A stretch of DNA of 64,000 nt from Minisyncoccia bacterium. Lineage in GTDB: Bacteria > Patescibacteriota > Minisyncoccia > Phycocordibacterales > Phycocordibacteraceae. The notes beneath the pieces are model-generated. The model saw nothing but the letters and a program-made list of their open reading frames with translations, ran no database searches and had not been told where the DNA came from. A program made the position numbers and the translations under genes. The DNA is taken from contig JBCLFD010000002.1 of the NCBI GenBank assembly GCA_038912545.1, forward strand, positions 4,422-68,421, in the 5' to 3' direction. Below, one piece after another: positions 7,454-17,003 of the stretch (position 1 is the stretch's first letter; every line of letters begins with the position of its first letter).

Positions 7454-9645
7454 TGTGGAACCGTCTTCCCTGCCTGGCCGGCAGGCAGGCCTTCTATTTG
7501 CTTGAGTGCTTCGGCACCGGCGGCGGCGACATCGGGAAAGAGTTCAACCGCTTTACGAATTATTTTAATCGCGTTCGCATTATCGCCGGCGGCATAGTAG
7601 ACGGCGGCGAGCCCGAACCACGTTTGTGCCGAAGCGTTTTGCGCCGAGGTGCGCAGCTGCCAGAGCGCGGTGAGTCGCGGCCAATTCTTCGTGCGATAGT
7701 ACGCGATGCTCAAGATGTCGCTATCCACTACGGTGGTGCCATATGCCTTCATCAGCACAGCGTCGGCCCGAGCGAGGTCGCCCGCAACGATATTGCCCAC
7801 GGCCGCATACGTGGCCAGGTTAGTGAACTGTGGTCCGAGCTCATACGCCGTATTAAAATCAATTTGAACCTGCTTCAGATTACCCGCCTCCCATTCCGTT
7901 TGACCGGCTTCAAGCCACATCTGCTCCTTCCGCGGAGAGAGAGATATCGCGATTCTAATTTGTTCTAGCGCGCTCTTCGTATCGCTAACGATACGGTACC
8001 CGTAGGCGAGCTGGAGCCGTATGCGCGCGTCAGCCGGATAGCGCGCCACTTGTTTCTGCATCTCTTCTATCGCGAGTGTGACCGCCTTCTGCTTCACCTC
8101 GTTAGTGACCGCAGTACTCTGTACAATGCCACCGGCAAAAGAAATAAGCTGTTCGCGTATTTCTTGTGCGGCAAACGAAGGATGCTGTACGAGGTTTTGA
8201 AAGAGCGCGAGATTCCCTTCTGGCCCTTTCTGGTTCGGCGAAATCGCTCTCACGAGTTCTCCGGCAGCACGCATGCTGGGGACGTTCACGAACCAGACGA
8301 GCGCGAACAGCACCACTGCAGCGACTGGAAGTGCGTACGTAACCCCGAGCTCGGCATCGAGCTCGGGAGCTTTTTCAAGTCGTTCGATAGGGCGTGCGGC
8401 TTGCGAATCAATCAGTGCGAGGATAGCGAAGAAGTAGATATAAGAATAGAGATTATCAAATACGAACACATTGTGGGCAGCGTAGCCGACGATGGCGGCG
8501 GTGAGCAGGATGCGTTCGGGTCGTGAAAATTCGGAGCGTCGCCAGAGTAAAACAATCGCCGATATGAAAAGCGATATGTAGAACACGAATGCCGGCAGAC
8601 CGCCCGCCAAGAGCCAATCAATAAATGCATTGTGTGCGCGGTCAAACCAGACCTCCTGCGCGTAGAGCGACGGGTCGTAATACTTATTGAAGACATAATT
8701 AAATCCTTCTTGTCCCCATCCGACAACGGGTCGCTCGCGGAATCCTTGCCACGCCATATGCCAGATAGTGAAGCGCGTTTGGCCGTCGGCGAGCGAGATT
8801 GAAGCGATGCGCTGCAAAGTGCTGTTGCCTTGAACGAATGCGGAGCCGCGCGCGAGATAGAAACTGCCGACGAACACGATTATAGCCACACATACCCACG
8901 CGGCCGCGCGCCGCGCCTTGCCGCTTGCCGTAAAAGTGAAGAGCACCGCCGAGAGAAACAGCGCGAGCGTGAGACCGATAATCGCACCGCGCGTTTCAGT
9001 ATAGAAAATGAGAACGGCTTCAAGCACTGCAAACGCAATGAGCGAATACTTCAGCCACATGCGTTTCTCGGTGAGCGCGAGCCACCCTGCAATGAAGACA
9101 TTGAAGAGCAGGTAGATCGCGAGATACGCAGAATTGCCGAGTGAAGCATCAATACGAACCGAACCCTGATGAATGTCCAACTTCCCCGCGAGCTGGAGCA
9201 GAGCGTACGCGCTCACGACAAGTGCGACACCGAGCGAGGTGAGGAACCAGGCACGCCACTTCTTTTCCACGCGCAGGACGTTGGAAGCGGCGAAGAAGAG
9301 ACCGAGCAAGTGCGCGAGGAGTACCCATCCCTCCATCCGCTCAAAGTTGCTCCAAAACGCTTTAACGGCATTCGGTGCGAATGCGTCTGCGATAAACATC
9401 CAGACGACAAATGCGGTGACGAGTGCGCCGAGCCAGGAGAAGCGCGGACGGTATGCCTTATCAAGTAGTGCGAGCACGACCCACGCCACCACAGCTATCT
9501 CAATAAGTATGCGTAGATAAAACGCCTTGCCGGTGATAAACGGGAAGAAGAACGAGCTCGCAACGATGAGCGGCGTAATAGGTAGAAGAAAAAGCGCGGT
9601 AAGCGCCACCCATCGAGCTGTCTGTTTCGCCGTCCCACTCTGCAT
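7450..9645 (-). CDS. O-antigen ligase-like (Wzy_C) polytopic membrane protein with a C-terminal TPR domain
   Basis: 731 aa with about 12 hydrophobic segments. Contains the TETRGAIIGL and FDRAHNAFIDWLLAGGL blocks typical of the O-antigen ligase/Wzy_C family. The C-terminal ~200 aa has TPR-like A/Y-rich repeats. ATGA overlap with murB. Confidence 0.75.
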   Translation of the reverse strand: MQSGTAKQTARWVALTALFLLPITPLIVASSFFFPFITGKAFYLRILIEIAVVAWVVLALLDKAYRPRFSWLGALVTAFVVWMFIADAFAPNAVKAFWSNFERMEGWVLLAHLLGLFFAASNVLRVEKKWRAWFLTSLGVALVVSAYALLQLAGKLDIHQGSVRIDASLGNSAYLAIYLLFNVFIAGWLALTEKRMWLKYSLIAFAVLEAVLIFYTETRGAIIGLTLALFLSAVLFTFTASGKARRAAAWVCVAIIVFVGSFYLARGSAFVQGNSTLQRIASISLADGQTRFTIWHMAWQGFRERPVVGWGQEGFNYVFNKYYDPSLYAQEVWFDRAHNAFIDWLLAGGLPAFVFYISLFISAIVLLWRRSEFSRPERILLTAAIVGYAAHNVFVFDNLYSYIYFFAILALIDSQAARPIERLEKAPELDAELGVTYALPVAAVVLFALVWFVNVPSMRAAGELVRAISPNQKGPEGNLALFQNLVQHPSFAAQEIREQLISFAGGIVQSTAVTNEVKQKAVTLAIEEMQKQVARYPADARIRLQLAYGYRIVSDTKSALEQIRIAISLSPRKEQMWLEAGQTEWEAGNLKQVQIDFNTAYELGPQFTNLATYAAVGNIVAGDLARADAVLMKAYGTTVVDSDILSIAYYRTKNWPRLTALWQLRTSAQNASAQTWFGLAAVYYAAGDNANAIKIIRKAVELFPDVAAAGAEALKQIEGLPAGQAGKTVPQ

Positions 9646-9692
9646 GATGGAGCAACTATATCACAGAGCCCCGCCTTCGGCGGGGCTCTGTG
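9643..9692 (-). repeat. Direct-repeat unit 1: a 31-nt GC-rich hairpin (9662-9692), a -10-like TATAGT (9655-9660), and a CATCATG start context.
   Basis: Minus sense: CACAGAGCCCCGCC-GAA-GGCGGGGCTCTGTG ATATAGTTGCTCCATCATG. This is a near-copy of 10345-10391. It probably terminates the TA pair, although there is no U-tract. Confidence 0.7.
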
Positions 9693-9701
9693 CGCAGGAG
9701 T

Positions 9702-10079
9702 TTATGGTTGAGTATCAGCCGGAAACGGCGGGAACGTCTGCTCGACGTACGCACGAATGACTCTTTCCGCATCCGGTCCAGCGGTTGTGACAGTCTCCCA
9801 TACGACCGACAGTTCGAGACTGAAGTAATCGTGAGCGGCCCAGTCGCGCATTCCGGCCATTTTCTTCCAGGGCACGTCAATCTTCACACGTGTCTCATCC
9901 GATACCTTTTTTGCGAGCTGACCAACGACCTCGAGTTGCATGATAACGGCGCTTTGCGTTTTATTATCCTTGAGAAACGCAGCTTCATCCATTCCAGCCG
10001 TGAATTCACGTAGCTTGCCGAACGCATCCAGCATCAGCCGGAGATAAGCCGAATCATCTTTCATAGAGCGGTTGGACAT
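9702..10079 (-). CDS. hepT: HepT-like (DUF86/HEPN) RNase toxin
   Basis: ORF 9702..10259 trimmed to the ATG at 10077-10079 (an alternative ATG is at 10062-10064). Has the HEPN R-x4-H motif in GMRDWAAHDY. Overlaps the 3' end of the upstream nucleotidyltransferase gene, as is typical for this TA family. Confidence 0.8.
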   Translation of the reverse strand: MSNRSMKDDSAYLRLMLDAFGKLREFTAGMDEAAFLKDNKTQSAVIMQLEVVGQLAKKVSDETRVKIDVPWKKMAGMRDWAAHDYFSLELSVVWETVTTAGPDAERVIRAYVEQTFPPFPADTQP

Positions 10080-10347
10080 CACGATAGATTGAATCGCGAA
10101 AGTATGGGATGACAGCTCCTTCAGAAACAATGTCGACCGAACGTTTGAGACTCTCAGCCAACTCTTCTCGCAGACCGACAAGATCCCAAAGCGATGTATG
10201 GTCCAGGTACTCGACAAGAAAATCAACATCACTGTCCGGTCGCGCATCGCCACGAGCAAAAGAGCCGAATATACACGCGCGCTTCACGCCGTATTTTTTG
10301 AACACAGGCGTGGCCTTTTCGCGAATCTCCTGAAGAGTCGGTGTCAT
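10054..10347 (-). CDS. mntA: MNT-type nucleotidyltransferase antitoxin
   Basis: 97 aa. The motif GSFARGDARPDSDVDFLV (G-S-x-x-R-G ... D-x-D) marks the minimal nucleotidyltransferase fold. Confidence 0.85.
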   Translation of the reverse strand: MTPTLQEIREKATPVFKKYGVKRACIFGSFARGDARPDSDVDFLVEYLDHTSLWDLVGLREELAESLKRSVDIVSEGAVIPYFRDSIYRDVQPLYER

Positions 10348-10391
10348 GATGTGATTATACCACAGCGCCCCGCCTTCGGCGGGGCGCTGTG
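10345..10391 (-). repeat. Direct-repeat unit 2: a 31-nt hairpin (10361-10391), TATAAT (10354-10359), and a CATCATG start context.
   Basis: Minus sense: CACAGCGCCCCGCC-GAA-GGCGGGGCGCTGTG GTATAATCACATCATG. It differs from unit 1 in the stem by one compensatory pair (A/T -> C/G). Confidence 0.7.
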
Positions 10392-10412
10392 TTTCTAATC
10401 TCTTCTAATTAT

Positions 10413-11195
10413 TTAGAATCTCCAACTGAAGAAGCCCCACAGCTTCGCTTGCGACGACGCGACATCTTGGAGGCGCGTCTGTTGCGCCTGCATAGCGGTG
10501 AGCTGTGTTTCCAGCATCGCCTTCACTTCTGCCGAAAGGTTTGCACTTTTCAAGAGTTCGGTAAGTTTCGCAATATTCTCCCCATTGCGTTCTACTGCTT
10601 TACTAATATCTTTGGACGCTTTCTTATCACCACCGAAGAAAAGCTTGGCGATAAACCCGCGCGACTCAATCCGCGCTTCGGCACTCGTCGTGGTCGCGAC
10701 CGAATCGTTCATATGCTTCGCTATTTCCGAGACCTGCGGACCGATACCACCCAAAAGGTCCTTAGACGCGAGCAGGGCGTGCACTGCGAGCCGGACCTCG
10801 TTCGCATTCTTCATCACTTTCCGAAGTTTTGGTGTCGTGCTCGCCTCTTCATCGTCCAATTCATGCTTGCGCTCTTCGATGGACTGTTTCCACTGACCCC
10901 ACGAGAGCGCGGGAGTCGTCGTGCTCTCGCGTTGCAGCTCAAAGCGTTCTATTAACATCTCGCGAGTCTGTTCGCGCATCTCCTTCGCCTGCTCACGTCT
11001 CTGCTCTGCCTGTTGCTTCACGACTTCGCGCACCGTCGCTGACGCGTCACTACCGTCGTCTGAAACACGCACCGAGGTGACTCCCGTCACCTGCGCCGAT
11101 GAATCTCCACGATCTTCATCCGCATGCGCAAGCACCGCCGGCATCCCGCTCAAAACAAGCGCGAACACCCCTGCCATCAATATGTATTTTTTCAT
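10413..11195 (-). CDS. Secreted hypothetical protein (signal peptide followed by coiled-coil / low-complexity sequence)
   Basis: ORF trimmed to the ATG at 11193-11195. MKKYILMAGVFALVLSGMPAVLAHA looks like a Sec signal peptide. The rest is E/R/Q/K-rich helical sequence. No family recognised. Confidence 0.5.
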   Translation of the reverse strand: MKKYILMAGVFALVLSGMPAVLAHADEDRGDSSAQVTGVTSVRVSDDGSDASATVREVVKQQAEQRREQAKEMREQTREMLIERFELQRESTTTPALSWGQWKQSIEERKHELDDEEASTTPKLRKVMKNANEVRLAVHALLASKDLLGGIGPQVSEIAKHMNDSVATTTSAEARIESRGFIAKLFFGGDKKASKDISKAVERNGENIAKLTELLKSANLSAEVKAMLETQLTAMQAQQTRLQDVASSQAKLWGFFSWRF

Positions 11196-11208
11196 ACCCG
11201 TAATGATA

Positions 11209-12978
11209 TCACGCTTTTTGCATTTTATAAAAATACGACTCATGATTCTTAAGGAGGTCTTCGGGCGTTCCTTGTTCTATGATGCGACCATGATTCAAAA
11301 CCAGAATGGTATCGGCTTCGGCGACCGTAGATGGGCGATGCGCGATGATAAACACGGTCACCTTTCCGCGAAGCGCGCGAATGGATTCATGAATGAGCTT
11401 CTCTGATTCGTGGTCCAACGCGCTTGTCGCTTCATCCAAGATGAGTAAGGACGGATTATCAACGAGTGCGCGAGCGAGCGCAATGCGCTGGCGCTGTCCA
11501 CCCGATATCATCACACCACGGTCGCCAACGCGCGTATCGAATCCTTCAGGAAGCGACATCACGAAATCATAAATATTCGCCTGTTTTACAGCCGCAATGA
11601 TATCGTCCATCGATAGTTCGGGTCGATAGAACCGTATATTCTCTTCTATACTGCCGTTGAACATAAAAACATCTTGGGCGACGTAGCCTATATGTGACCG
11701 CCATTCGTTAAGTGAAATATTCTCGGCTGGTACGCTATCAAGTGTCATCTGCCCTGAAGTCGGGGTAAAGAGACGCAAAATGATGTCTGCTACTGAAGTC
11801 TTCCCAACTCCCGAGAGGCCAATAAGGCCCACAGTCTCTCCGCGCTTCACAGAAAAACTTACATCATATAACACTGGCTTACTGTCCGATGCATACGCGA
11901 ACGATACATTCTCAAAAGCAAATTCTTTTTCAAATACAAATTTGTGCGTGCCGTGTCCTTCGTGCTGTGCGTGTTCAGCGAGTGAATTCTTGAAAGTCGT
12001 CATGTTTTCTGCATACGGGAGAAGAGAGACCATGCTATTGAATGCTCCCTGTCCAGATTCTAGATACGTAAATATTTTTTGAATCAAGTAAAGCGCCGCA
12101 GCGAAGGAGATGAAACTGAAACCAGGAGTGTTATACATCACCGCGAAAAGTATCAAGACGAAAATAATACTGAATGGCTGAAAGAGGCTCGTGCCGAGAG
12201 ATTGTGTGAGGGCGAAGCGTGTTTGTAGGGTACGCAAGTTATTCATTAACACATTGCCAGAGGTGAGCGCGTCCTTCTCTTTGCCAGCCACTTTAATAGC
12301 TTTCATGCCGATGACATGTTCGGTTAAGAAATTAGAAATGTCCTTCTCAATCTTTGAGGTCGCGTTACCTATTCGCTGCATTCGCAGCGTAAACGGGCGC
12401 ACGACTCCAAGCAGGACCGCCCCGCCAGCCGCGGCACTTATTGTAACGATTGGTGAGATGTTAATAGCAACTAATAGATACATCAGGAGACCGCTGAATG
12501 ACTGAATAACCTGACTTACCGTTCCGAGTAGACCACTCGTGCACTGCAGATCTCGCACCATCGTGTTGTGTACGTAGCCAAGCTTCTGCTTGAGCAGGAA
12601 TGGCCACGACGCTGAGAAAGCGCGTTTCAAGAGCGCTTGACTCTCGCTGTTGTAATAATCTGCAGATATCCATCCGCGTATATATCCGAACACAACCATA
12701 GATATCGCCCGCACCATAAACATGAAAAGAATGAACGCAATAAGATAGCGAAACTTGAATGGAATCCCGATAAACGCGAAGACGCCCTGTATGGCGCGAG
12801 AAATGAAGTCGGTAGGCACACCACCGCTCGTGAAGAAAGACGCGAGCGGGATAACCGCGTTGACCCCGATACCCTCGACAATAGCCGCCAAAAATCCGAG
12901 AGTGGTGAGTGCCACTATATGCCAACGGTATTTACCGAAAGTATTCCAGAGAGTCCTTGGTGTAGTACCTATTTTCAT
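11209..12978 (-). CDS. ABC exporter, fused permease/ATPase (MsbA-like)
   Basis: 589 aa with an N-terminal 6-TM region. Walker A GLSGVGKTS, signature ISGGQRQRIALARAL, Walker B LLILDEATSALD. Confidence 0.9.
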   Translation of the reverse strand: MKIGTTPRTLWNTFGKYRWHIVALTTLGFLAAIVEGIGVNAVIPLASFFTSGGVPTDFISRAIQGVFAFIGIPFKFRYLIAFILFMFMVRAISMVVFGYIRGWISADYYNSESQALLKRAFSASWPFLLKQKLGYVHNTMVRDLQCTSGLLGTVSQVIQSFSGLLMYLLVAINISPIVTISAAAGGAVLLGVVRPFTLRMQRIGNATSKIEKDISNFLTEHVIGMKAIKVAGKEKDALTSGNVLMNNLRTLQTRFALTQSLGTSLFQPFSIIFVLILFAVMYNTPGFSFISFAAALYLIQKIFTYLESGQGAFNSMVSLLPYAENMTTFKNSLAEHAQHEGHGTHKFVFEKEFAFENVSFAYASDSKPVLYDVSFSVKRGETVGLIGLSGVGKTSVADIILRLFTPTSGQMTLDSVPAENISLNEWRSHIGYVAQDVFMFNGSIEENIRFYRPELSMDDIIAAVKQANIYDFVMSLPEGFDTRVGDRGVMISGGQRQRIALARALVDNPSLLILDEATSALDHESEKLIHESIRALRGKVTVFIIAHRPSTVAEADTILVLNHGRIIEQGTPEDLLKNHESYFYKMQKA

Positions 12979-13850
12979 TTTTTGAAAATCAGGCTCAGCA
13001 TATTACCGTAGAACGCTGGCGATGAAGTCACTTTGTTCCCATCTCCAGTAGACAAAAGTCGCGCGTCCTCAATTATTTTTTTATAATCCTCGATCTCATG
13101 CGCATACGGAGTCTCCAAGTAGAAATAGGTCGAGTCGAGCAAGGAGAGATTAAGCGTTTTAAATAAGTCGATGACTGTGCGCTTCGGAAAATGCAACTGA
13201 TGATCAGCAGTAAAGAGTTTCCATTTATCTCTATAGAGTTCCGCACAAAGACTTTCGGCATTTGGCGTAGCGGTTATGTATATGAGGCCGCCAGTTTTTA
13301 GCCATTTTACTAATTGCGCAATCATAGTTTTCGGATCGGCCATGTGCTCAATAACACCGCGCAAAACAATCACATCAAAATAGTTATCCTGAAACTCGGC
13401 CTCATTCGCTTCTCCTTGCGTAATGTTTAAGTTGAAGACCTCTCGCGCATGTTTAGCTGCTTTTTCGTCAAACTCGATGCCATATTTTTCCCAAGACTCG
13501 CCGAACTTATTTAGTAGAAACCCCCCTCCGCAACCAACATCGAGAATTTTGCCTGATTTGAGATGTTTCTCAAGGAAGCCGATTTCCACTTCGTACATTT
13601 TGTCTCGAGCAATCGAATCTTCATGGTTATTCTGCAATTCGAAATATCCATCCTCATAGAACAAATCACGGCCCTCTCTGTTCAGCTGCAGATTATGATA
13701 TACCAGCCCGCAATCGCCACACTTGTACGCCACGATTGGATCACTCTTTGCCCACTCCTCTCGGCTGGCGGACCCGCAGACATTGCACAACTCAACCTCC
13801 ACAAGGTACTTGGTGAATTTTTTAAGACCTTCGACAGAGTTAGGATTCAT
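12975..13850 (-). CDS. Class I SAM-dependent methyltransferase with an N-terminal Cys4 zinc ribbon
   Basis: CNVCGS...CGDCG followed by ILDVGCGGGFLL and VIEHMADP. ATGA overlap with the ABC gene. Confidence 0.8.
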   Translation of the reverse strand: MNPNSVEGLKKFTKYLVEVELCNVCGSASREEWAKSDPIVAYKCGDCGLVYHNLQLNREGRDLFYEDGYFELQNNHEDSIARDKMYEVEIGFLEKHLKSGKILDVGCGGGFLLNKFGESWEKYGIEFDEKAAKHAREVFNLNITQGEANEAEFQDNYFDVIVLRGVIEHMADPKTMIAQLVKWLKTGGLIYITATPNAESLCAELYRDKWKLFTADHQLHFPKRTVIDLFKTLNLSLLDSTYFYLETPYAHEIEDYKKIIEDARLLSTGDGNKVTSSPAFYGNMLSLIFKK

Positions 13851-13854
13851 GTGT

Positions 13855-15171
13855 CTAGTTAAGTCGTTGAAACCCAGAATGAGCTATTGGGCCTCGCAGA
13901 TGCTTTTCTACTGTCTCAGTATCTATCGCTTTCTTCATGATCGTAAATACTTCGTCAATGGTAGCAAGGTACTTCTTGATGTCTTTCTTCGTGTGAGCGT
14001 ATGACGGATAAAACCTGTTTGCGGCAAGAATGCCGCGTTTGAGCATTTCCTGGGTAAATAATGTCCGCACAGCATTGCTCTTCTCTCCATATACAAAAGA
14101 GAATGATCCCATTGTTGCTGTGCCTTCAATTTTCACATTAATGCCATGCTTTTCCCCACACCTTTTCAAACCTGCGCGCGCCGTCTCACCTATTTGATTA
14201 ATATACTTTGGAACATTCAATCGACGCATTTTTTTAATTGTAGCTAATGCTGCTGCTGGGCCAATACGCTCAGTCCAATACGTGCTCGATATGAAAGTAT
14301 CTTGGGCCGCCTGCATTACATGCTTGCGTCCAATAATAGCCGCCATAGGAAATCCATTGCTCATTCCCTTGCTGAATATTGCTAGATCTGGATTCACTTT
14401 ATATATGAGATGTGAACCTCCTACGTTCATTTTCCAACCAATCGATATCTCGTCGAACACGAGTACGGCTTTCTCGCGTGTCGCTATAGCTCTAATCTTA
14501 TGCAAAAAATCATCCTTTGGTTCCTCCTCATGAATCGGTTCCATTACAATTGCTGCAAGGTTGCCTTTTGCATCATCGACAATTTTATCTAACTCGTCTA
14601 TGCGGTTGTAATGAAAAGGAAGGATGGTTCCGCTCAGACCCTGAGGTACCCCCTTCGGCGAGAGTCCAGAAAGCAAATGATCATTTAGGCCTTTTGGGTC
14701 TTTTAAGTTAGTGGCCAAATACCAGTCGGACCAGCCGTGATAGCCACAAAAAGCTATGATGTCCTTGCCTGAATAAGCTCGGGCGATTCGAGTTGCAACG
14801 GCCATTGATTCCCCGCCTGTACGCGCATATCTCACCATATCTGCCCAGGGGTGAATCTTGCACAGTAGTTCGGCTAGCTCAACTTCCTCCGGTGCGTTCC
14901 ATGTTGCCATTGAACCCTTATCGACCGCCTGCTTTACAGCCTTGTTAACGTCTGCGTCAGCATACCCGAGCGGACACGCGCCGATTCCCATAATCGACAT
15001 GTCTAGGTATTTCTTACCGTCCATATCCCATATATATGCGCCCTTAGCCTTTGAGTAATACGCTGGCCACTGATCCGGAAGGAACATCTCGGCCCGTTTT
15101 GAAAGTAGTTGATTGCCACCAGGAATCAGCTGCTTCGCCCTATTCCATAACTTTTGTCCAGTTCTTTTCAT
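13855..15171 (-). CDS. Class III aminotransferase (glutamate-1-semialdehyde aminomutase / HemL-like)
   Basis: Trimmed to the ATG at 15169-15171 (MKRTGQKLWNRAKQLIPGGNQLLSKR). Other matches: YIWDMDGKKYLDM, VRYARTGGESMAVATRIARA, VFDEISIGW. Confidence 0.85.
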   Translation of the reverse strand: MKRTGQKLWNRAKQLIPGGNQLLSKRAEMFLPDQWPAYYSKAKGAYIWDMDGKKYLDMSIMGIGACPLGYADADVNKAVKQAVDKGSMATWNAPEEVELAELLCKIHPWADMVRYARTGGESMAVATRIARAYSGKDIIAFCGYHGWSDWYLATNLKDPKGLNDHLLSGLSPKGVPQGLSGTILPFHYNRIDELDKIVDDAKGNLAAIVMEPIHEEEPKDDFLHKIRAIATREKAVLVFDEISIGWKMNVGGSHLIYKVNPDLAIFSKGMSNGFPMAAIIGRKHVMQAAQDTFISSTYWTERIGPAAALATIKKMRRLNVPKYINQIGETARAGLKRCGEKHGINVKIEGTATMGSFSFVYGEKSNAVRTLFTQEMLKRGILAANRFYPSYAHTKKDIKKYLATIDEVFTIMKKAIDTETVEKHLRGPIAHSGFQRLN

Positions 15172-15194
15172 AGTATATTGATGAGTATAACAGC

Positions 15195-15950
15195 CTATGT
15201 GGCCTTCCAAGAAGCATTCCTTTCCACTTCAGAAGTCAATTTTTTGATGTCCGGGCTTTCGTCAAGAAATTCCAATATGTCCTTCATGGTAAAGATTGGT
15301 TTCCTGGACGCAAGACTCTCGTAAACTCGCTTAAGCAGTTCGTAATCTTCCGGATAATCTAACGTAAGGCGGTAGCACGCCTGGTTACTTATGCTGTTTC
15401 TATACTGCCCAATTTTAAATATCTCTGGGTTCTTCCAGAAATAAAACGTGACGTGTTCTCGGTGGGACGTTTCAGTTGCCTCTTTCCACGCTTTTTCTAG
15501 GGCAGCAAATGTAAATACCTCGGTGTCCATTCCGTCAGGATACGTGTACGGCTCTAGATTATTGGACGCATAGTCATAATCTCCCGATCTAAAGAACTGA
15601 ATGGTCTCGTCAATAATCTTAGGATCTATAAGCGGACAGTCTGAAGTCATGCGTACGATGATATCTTCCTTTTGTGCACCAAATGCTTTCGCGGTTTTAT
15701 AATACCTATCAAGAACATCATCCTCGCTTCCTACAAAATACGGCTGATGAATTTTCTCAAGAAATTGAACAAGGGCCACGTCTTTTGGGTTTTCAGTAAC
15801 CGCTACTACAATTTTATCTATACTTTTGCTGGCTGTTACACGTTCAAGCATGCATTCTAGAATCGATTTGCCCGGGGCGATTTCTAGTAGCACCTTGCCA
15901 GGCAGACGAGTTGAGTTCATGCGTGCTTGAATGATTGCGATTGTGGACAT
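15195..15950 (-). CDS. Cytidylyltransferase, SpsF / acylneuraminate cytidylyltransferase family
   Basis: The N-terminus MSTIAIIQARMNSTRLPGKVLLEI is typical of the CTP_transf_3 family. Confidence 0.8.
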   Translation of the reverse strand: MSTIAIIQARMNSTRLPGKVLLEIAPGKSILECMLERVTASKSIDKIVVAVTENPKDVALVQFLEKIHQPYFVGSEDDVLDRYYKTAKAFGAQKEDIIVRMTSDCPLIDPKIIDETIQFFRSGDYDYASNNLEPYTYPDGMDTEVFTFAALEKAWKEATETSHREHVTFYFWKNPEIFKIGQYRNSISNQACYRLTLDYPEDYELLKRVYESLASRKPIFTMKDILEFLDESPDIKKLTSEVERNASWKAT

Positions 15951-15965
15951 GGAATATTTTACTTG

Positions 15966-17003
15966 CTACGCAATGCCAAGATATTTTTTTAGCATTTTTA
16001 TTTGCTTTTCAACGGATGGCGTATTCTTTTTAAGAAGGCCGTTACCGGCTGAAATACCTATAATCGACGTTGGGTGTTCAATGTCATCAACGATAACCTC
16101 ACCACGACGACCGAAGATTCCGAGGGACACTAGCATAGTGTCTATTTCTTTTATTTCCCTACGGCCCAGAGGCTTCTTGTAGAGATCCTTCTGCCCGACA
16201 AGCGCCGAAAAGAAATGTTTCTGAACTATCGACACATCAAGACGGTAAACGACACCCGATGAGTTCTTAGTAACATCATCAGCAAAACAGCCCTTGCCAA
16301 CATCGATCAGTACTGCAGATGACGACGCTGTCTCCAGCATTTTTTTGCTGACAATCTCTTTTTCATTTGTAACCGCAATGACTACGTTTGCACCTCTGCA
16401 GGCACTTTCGATACTCGTTGCAGAAATAATCTTAGCCATGGTGTTTTCAGATTTAATGCTATTTAGGCCTGCAACAATAAATCTTAGCTTCTTCTTATTT
16501 CTACGAAACGCAGACACGTTGACGCCCCTTTCGACCAGCTTAAGAGCGATTTTTGACCCGAGATTTCCAAGACCGATAATTGCACACGTGGTGCCGCTTA
16601 CAACTGGTATGCTGTTCCCGACCAGCATGTTTGTCGCCTCTGCCGCCAAATCATTACCTTTGTAGGTAAGCATTCTAGATTTCTTGATAATCGCACGTAG
16701 CGGTTTTTCTATATTACCCCTGTCATAGTCATGTGGTCCGTAATATATCTTCCGTATCTTTTTCTCGTCATCGACAAAAATGTTGTCGACCTTGCCGTCT
16801 ACCAAGAGCGCAATGTCCATCGCCGTTTCAACATCTCGCACAATTACCCCTCCATAAACAATGGAGGACGTTTCTCGGTTTGGTATTTCGTAGAATCTAC
16901 CGCGCGGAAATATATCGGACGTATTTCCTATAACAAATCCTGTCGGCCGTCCGTTCGCAATCTCCTTTATCTTTTTAACCTGCTCGGCTATTTTAGCTTT
17001 CAT
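15966..17003 (-). CDS. Rossmann-fold NAD(P)-binding protein, family not recognised
   Basis: CAIIGLGNLGSKIALKLVERG is a dinucleotide-binding loop. The start was chosen at the ATG at 17001-17003 (ATGA overlap with the upstream gene); the track start is 17021. Confidence 0.45.
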   Translation of the reverse strand: MKAKIAEQVKKIKEIANGRPTGFVIGNTSDIFPRGRFYEIPNRETSSIVYGGVIVRDVETAMDIALLVDGKVDNIFVDDEKKIRKIYYGPHDYDRGNIEKPLRAIIKKSRMLTYKGNDLAAEATNMLVGNSIPVVSGTTCAIIGLGNLGSKIALKLVERGVNVSAFRRNKKKLRFIVAGLNSIKSENTMAKIISATSIESACRGANVVIAVTNEKEIVSKKMLETASSSAVLIDVGKGCFADDVTKNSSGVVYRLDVSIVQKHFFSALVGQKDLYKKPLGRREIKEIDTMLVSLGIFGRRGEVIVDDIEHPTSIIGISAGNGLLKKNTPSVEKQIKMLKKYLGIA

